In this document: positions 63,096 to 64,000 of the stretch, piece by piece
How the letters are laid out: each line of letters starts with the position of its first letter
Position numbering within the stretch: the first letter of the stretch is position 1
DNA from: Heteronotia binoei
Lineage: Eukaryota
Reading direction: 5' to 3'
Assembly (NCBI RefSeq): GCF_032191835.1
Contig: NC_083224.1
Coordinates: forward strand, 160,456,001 to 160,520,000
Length of the DNA: 64,000 nucleotides
Program-made: the position numbers and the translations under genes
Notes under the pieces: generated by a model
The model's database searches: none
Told to the model about the DNA's origin: nothing
Seen by the model: only the letters and a program-made list of their open reading frames with translations

Positions 63096-63790
63096 GTGTT
63101 TGAAATATTTTATGTTTTTAAAGCAATAAAATAAGTTTAGAATAGATAGGAAAGGAAGAAAGGCATATAGTCCCAAGACTTGGCTTCTATAAAGCAAAGG
63201 AGAGGAAAGGGTAGGAAATGTAAGTCAGAACATCCATGGAAAAGGTCCTGGTGCCCCTACTCCCATCTTGATGAATGATTTGCTGAGGCCAGGCCTAATG
63301 GTGACTTAAAATCCACACAACTGGGCAGGCCTAGTGGCCAGTGCACAGCTTTGCAACTTGGCTAAACTTTTTCTGAGGAGAGGCTGCCAAGGAGGGGAAA
63401 GCTGAAGGCTGAGGGGGGCAGTTAAATGTATTTTGGCTGGTGGTAAGAAGACATAAGGAGGGCAGGAAAAGGCTATGGGGAGGTGCTACCTGGCTTCCAA
63501 ATATTAGGAGTAGAGTGTTAAGTTATTATATATTAGCAGACATGTCTATATTAGGCAGGACAACATTCTAGTTTAAGAAAAATTCTAATTTAAGAAAAAT
63601 AAAAATAAGACTCCCAGGCTGGACAATTTATCTGAACAATCAGATAAAGGAACCTTGTGAATTAAAACTAAGTAAATTAAAACAAAATTAAAAGTAGGCA
63701 TTAAAATTCCCAAATAATACTCAGTTTGTAAGTATTTTGAATTTTCAAAGCTGCAGAGAGATGTTTGGCAATAACTGGCAATGTAGTACC

Positions 63791-63892
63791 CAGGGTTTTT
63801 GTTGAGCAGGAATGCACTGGAATGCAGTTCCAGCTGGCTTGGCATCATATGCAAATGAATTCCTGCTGGGCTTTTTCTGCAAAAACAGCCTG
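63791..63892. mobile_element. Short hAT-type MITE
   Basis: cagggtttttgttgagcaggaatgcac ... gaattcctgctgggctttttctgcaaaaacagcctg, with imperfect inverted termini. Confidence 0.65.
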
Positions 63893-63899
63893 TGCGAAA

Positions 63900-64000
63900 C
63901 TGCCACAGGAGGTGGTGGCGGCTACAAGCATAGACAGCTTCAAGAAAGGATTGGATAAGCATATGGAGCAGAGGTCCATCAGTGGCTACTAGCCACAGCA
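63900..64000 (+). mobile_element. CR1 3' region fragment running off the window
   Basis: ctgccacaggaggtggtggcggctacaagcatag ... atatggagcagaggtccatcagtggctactagccacag closely matches 42343-42440. Confidence 0.9.

Noticed and set aside
1-64000. The many 60-240 aa ORFs in the six-frame track as standalone genes
   Set aside because: They are chance ORFs in intron, LINE remnants (964-1284, 27052-27567, 36776-37117, 41403-42119) or read through N runs. The real gene is split into short exons that the track does not show.
58739-64000. Next DENND1B exon (FIDGRLAKLNAGRGFSDVFEEEI)
   Set aside because: Not found. It is presumably downstream of the window.
1-64000. CRISPR array or other prokaryotic system
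   Set aside because: No regularly spaced repeat-spacer array or operon structure. The sequence is vertebrate intronic DNA.

Overview
This is eukaryotic (vertebrate) genomic DNA. The SINE, CR1, L2 and hAT repertoire points to a squamate, most likely a gecko. The window lies inside one + strand gene that I recognise as DENND1B (DENN-domain Rab35 GEF, connecdenn 2). Five coding exons are visible: 18865-18965, 25820-25865, 28333-28434, 49000-49079 (5' part hidden in an N-gap) and 58637-58738. All visible splice sites are canonical and the phases are compatible. The spliced peptide is [83 protein letters not shown]...[60 protein letters not shown]. The rest is intron with Sauria SINEs, other tRNA- and 5S-derived SINEs, CR1 and L2 fragments, hAT MITEs, microsatellites and four assembly gaps. 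Almost all ORFs in the supplied track are spurious or transposon remnants. There is no prokaryote-type system (CRISPR, operon) and I cannot support a new protein-coding system. The observations most worth a second look are: several short-range local duplications (41, 57, 78, 96 and ~390 bp, one with an inverted segment and a permuted SINE), hammerhead-ribozyme-like Penelope remnants, Helitron-like 3' termini, and an unexplained ~2 kb GC/CpG-rich island. Family names come from recalled consensus motifs, not from a database search.
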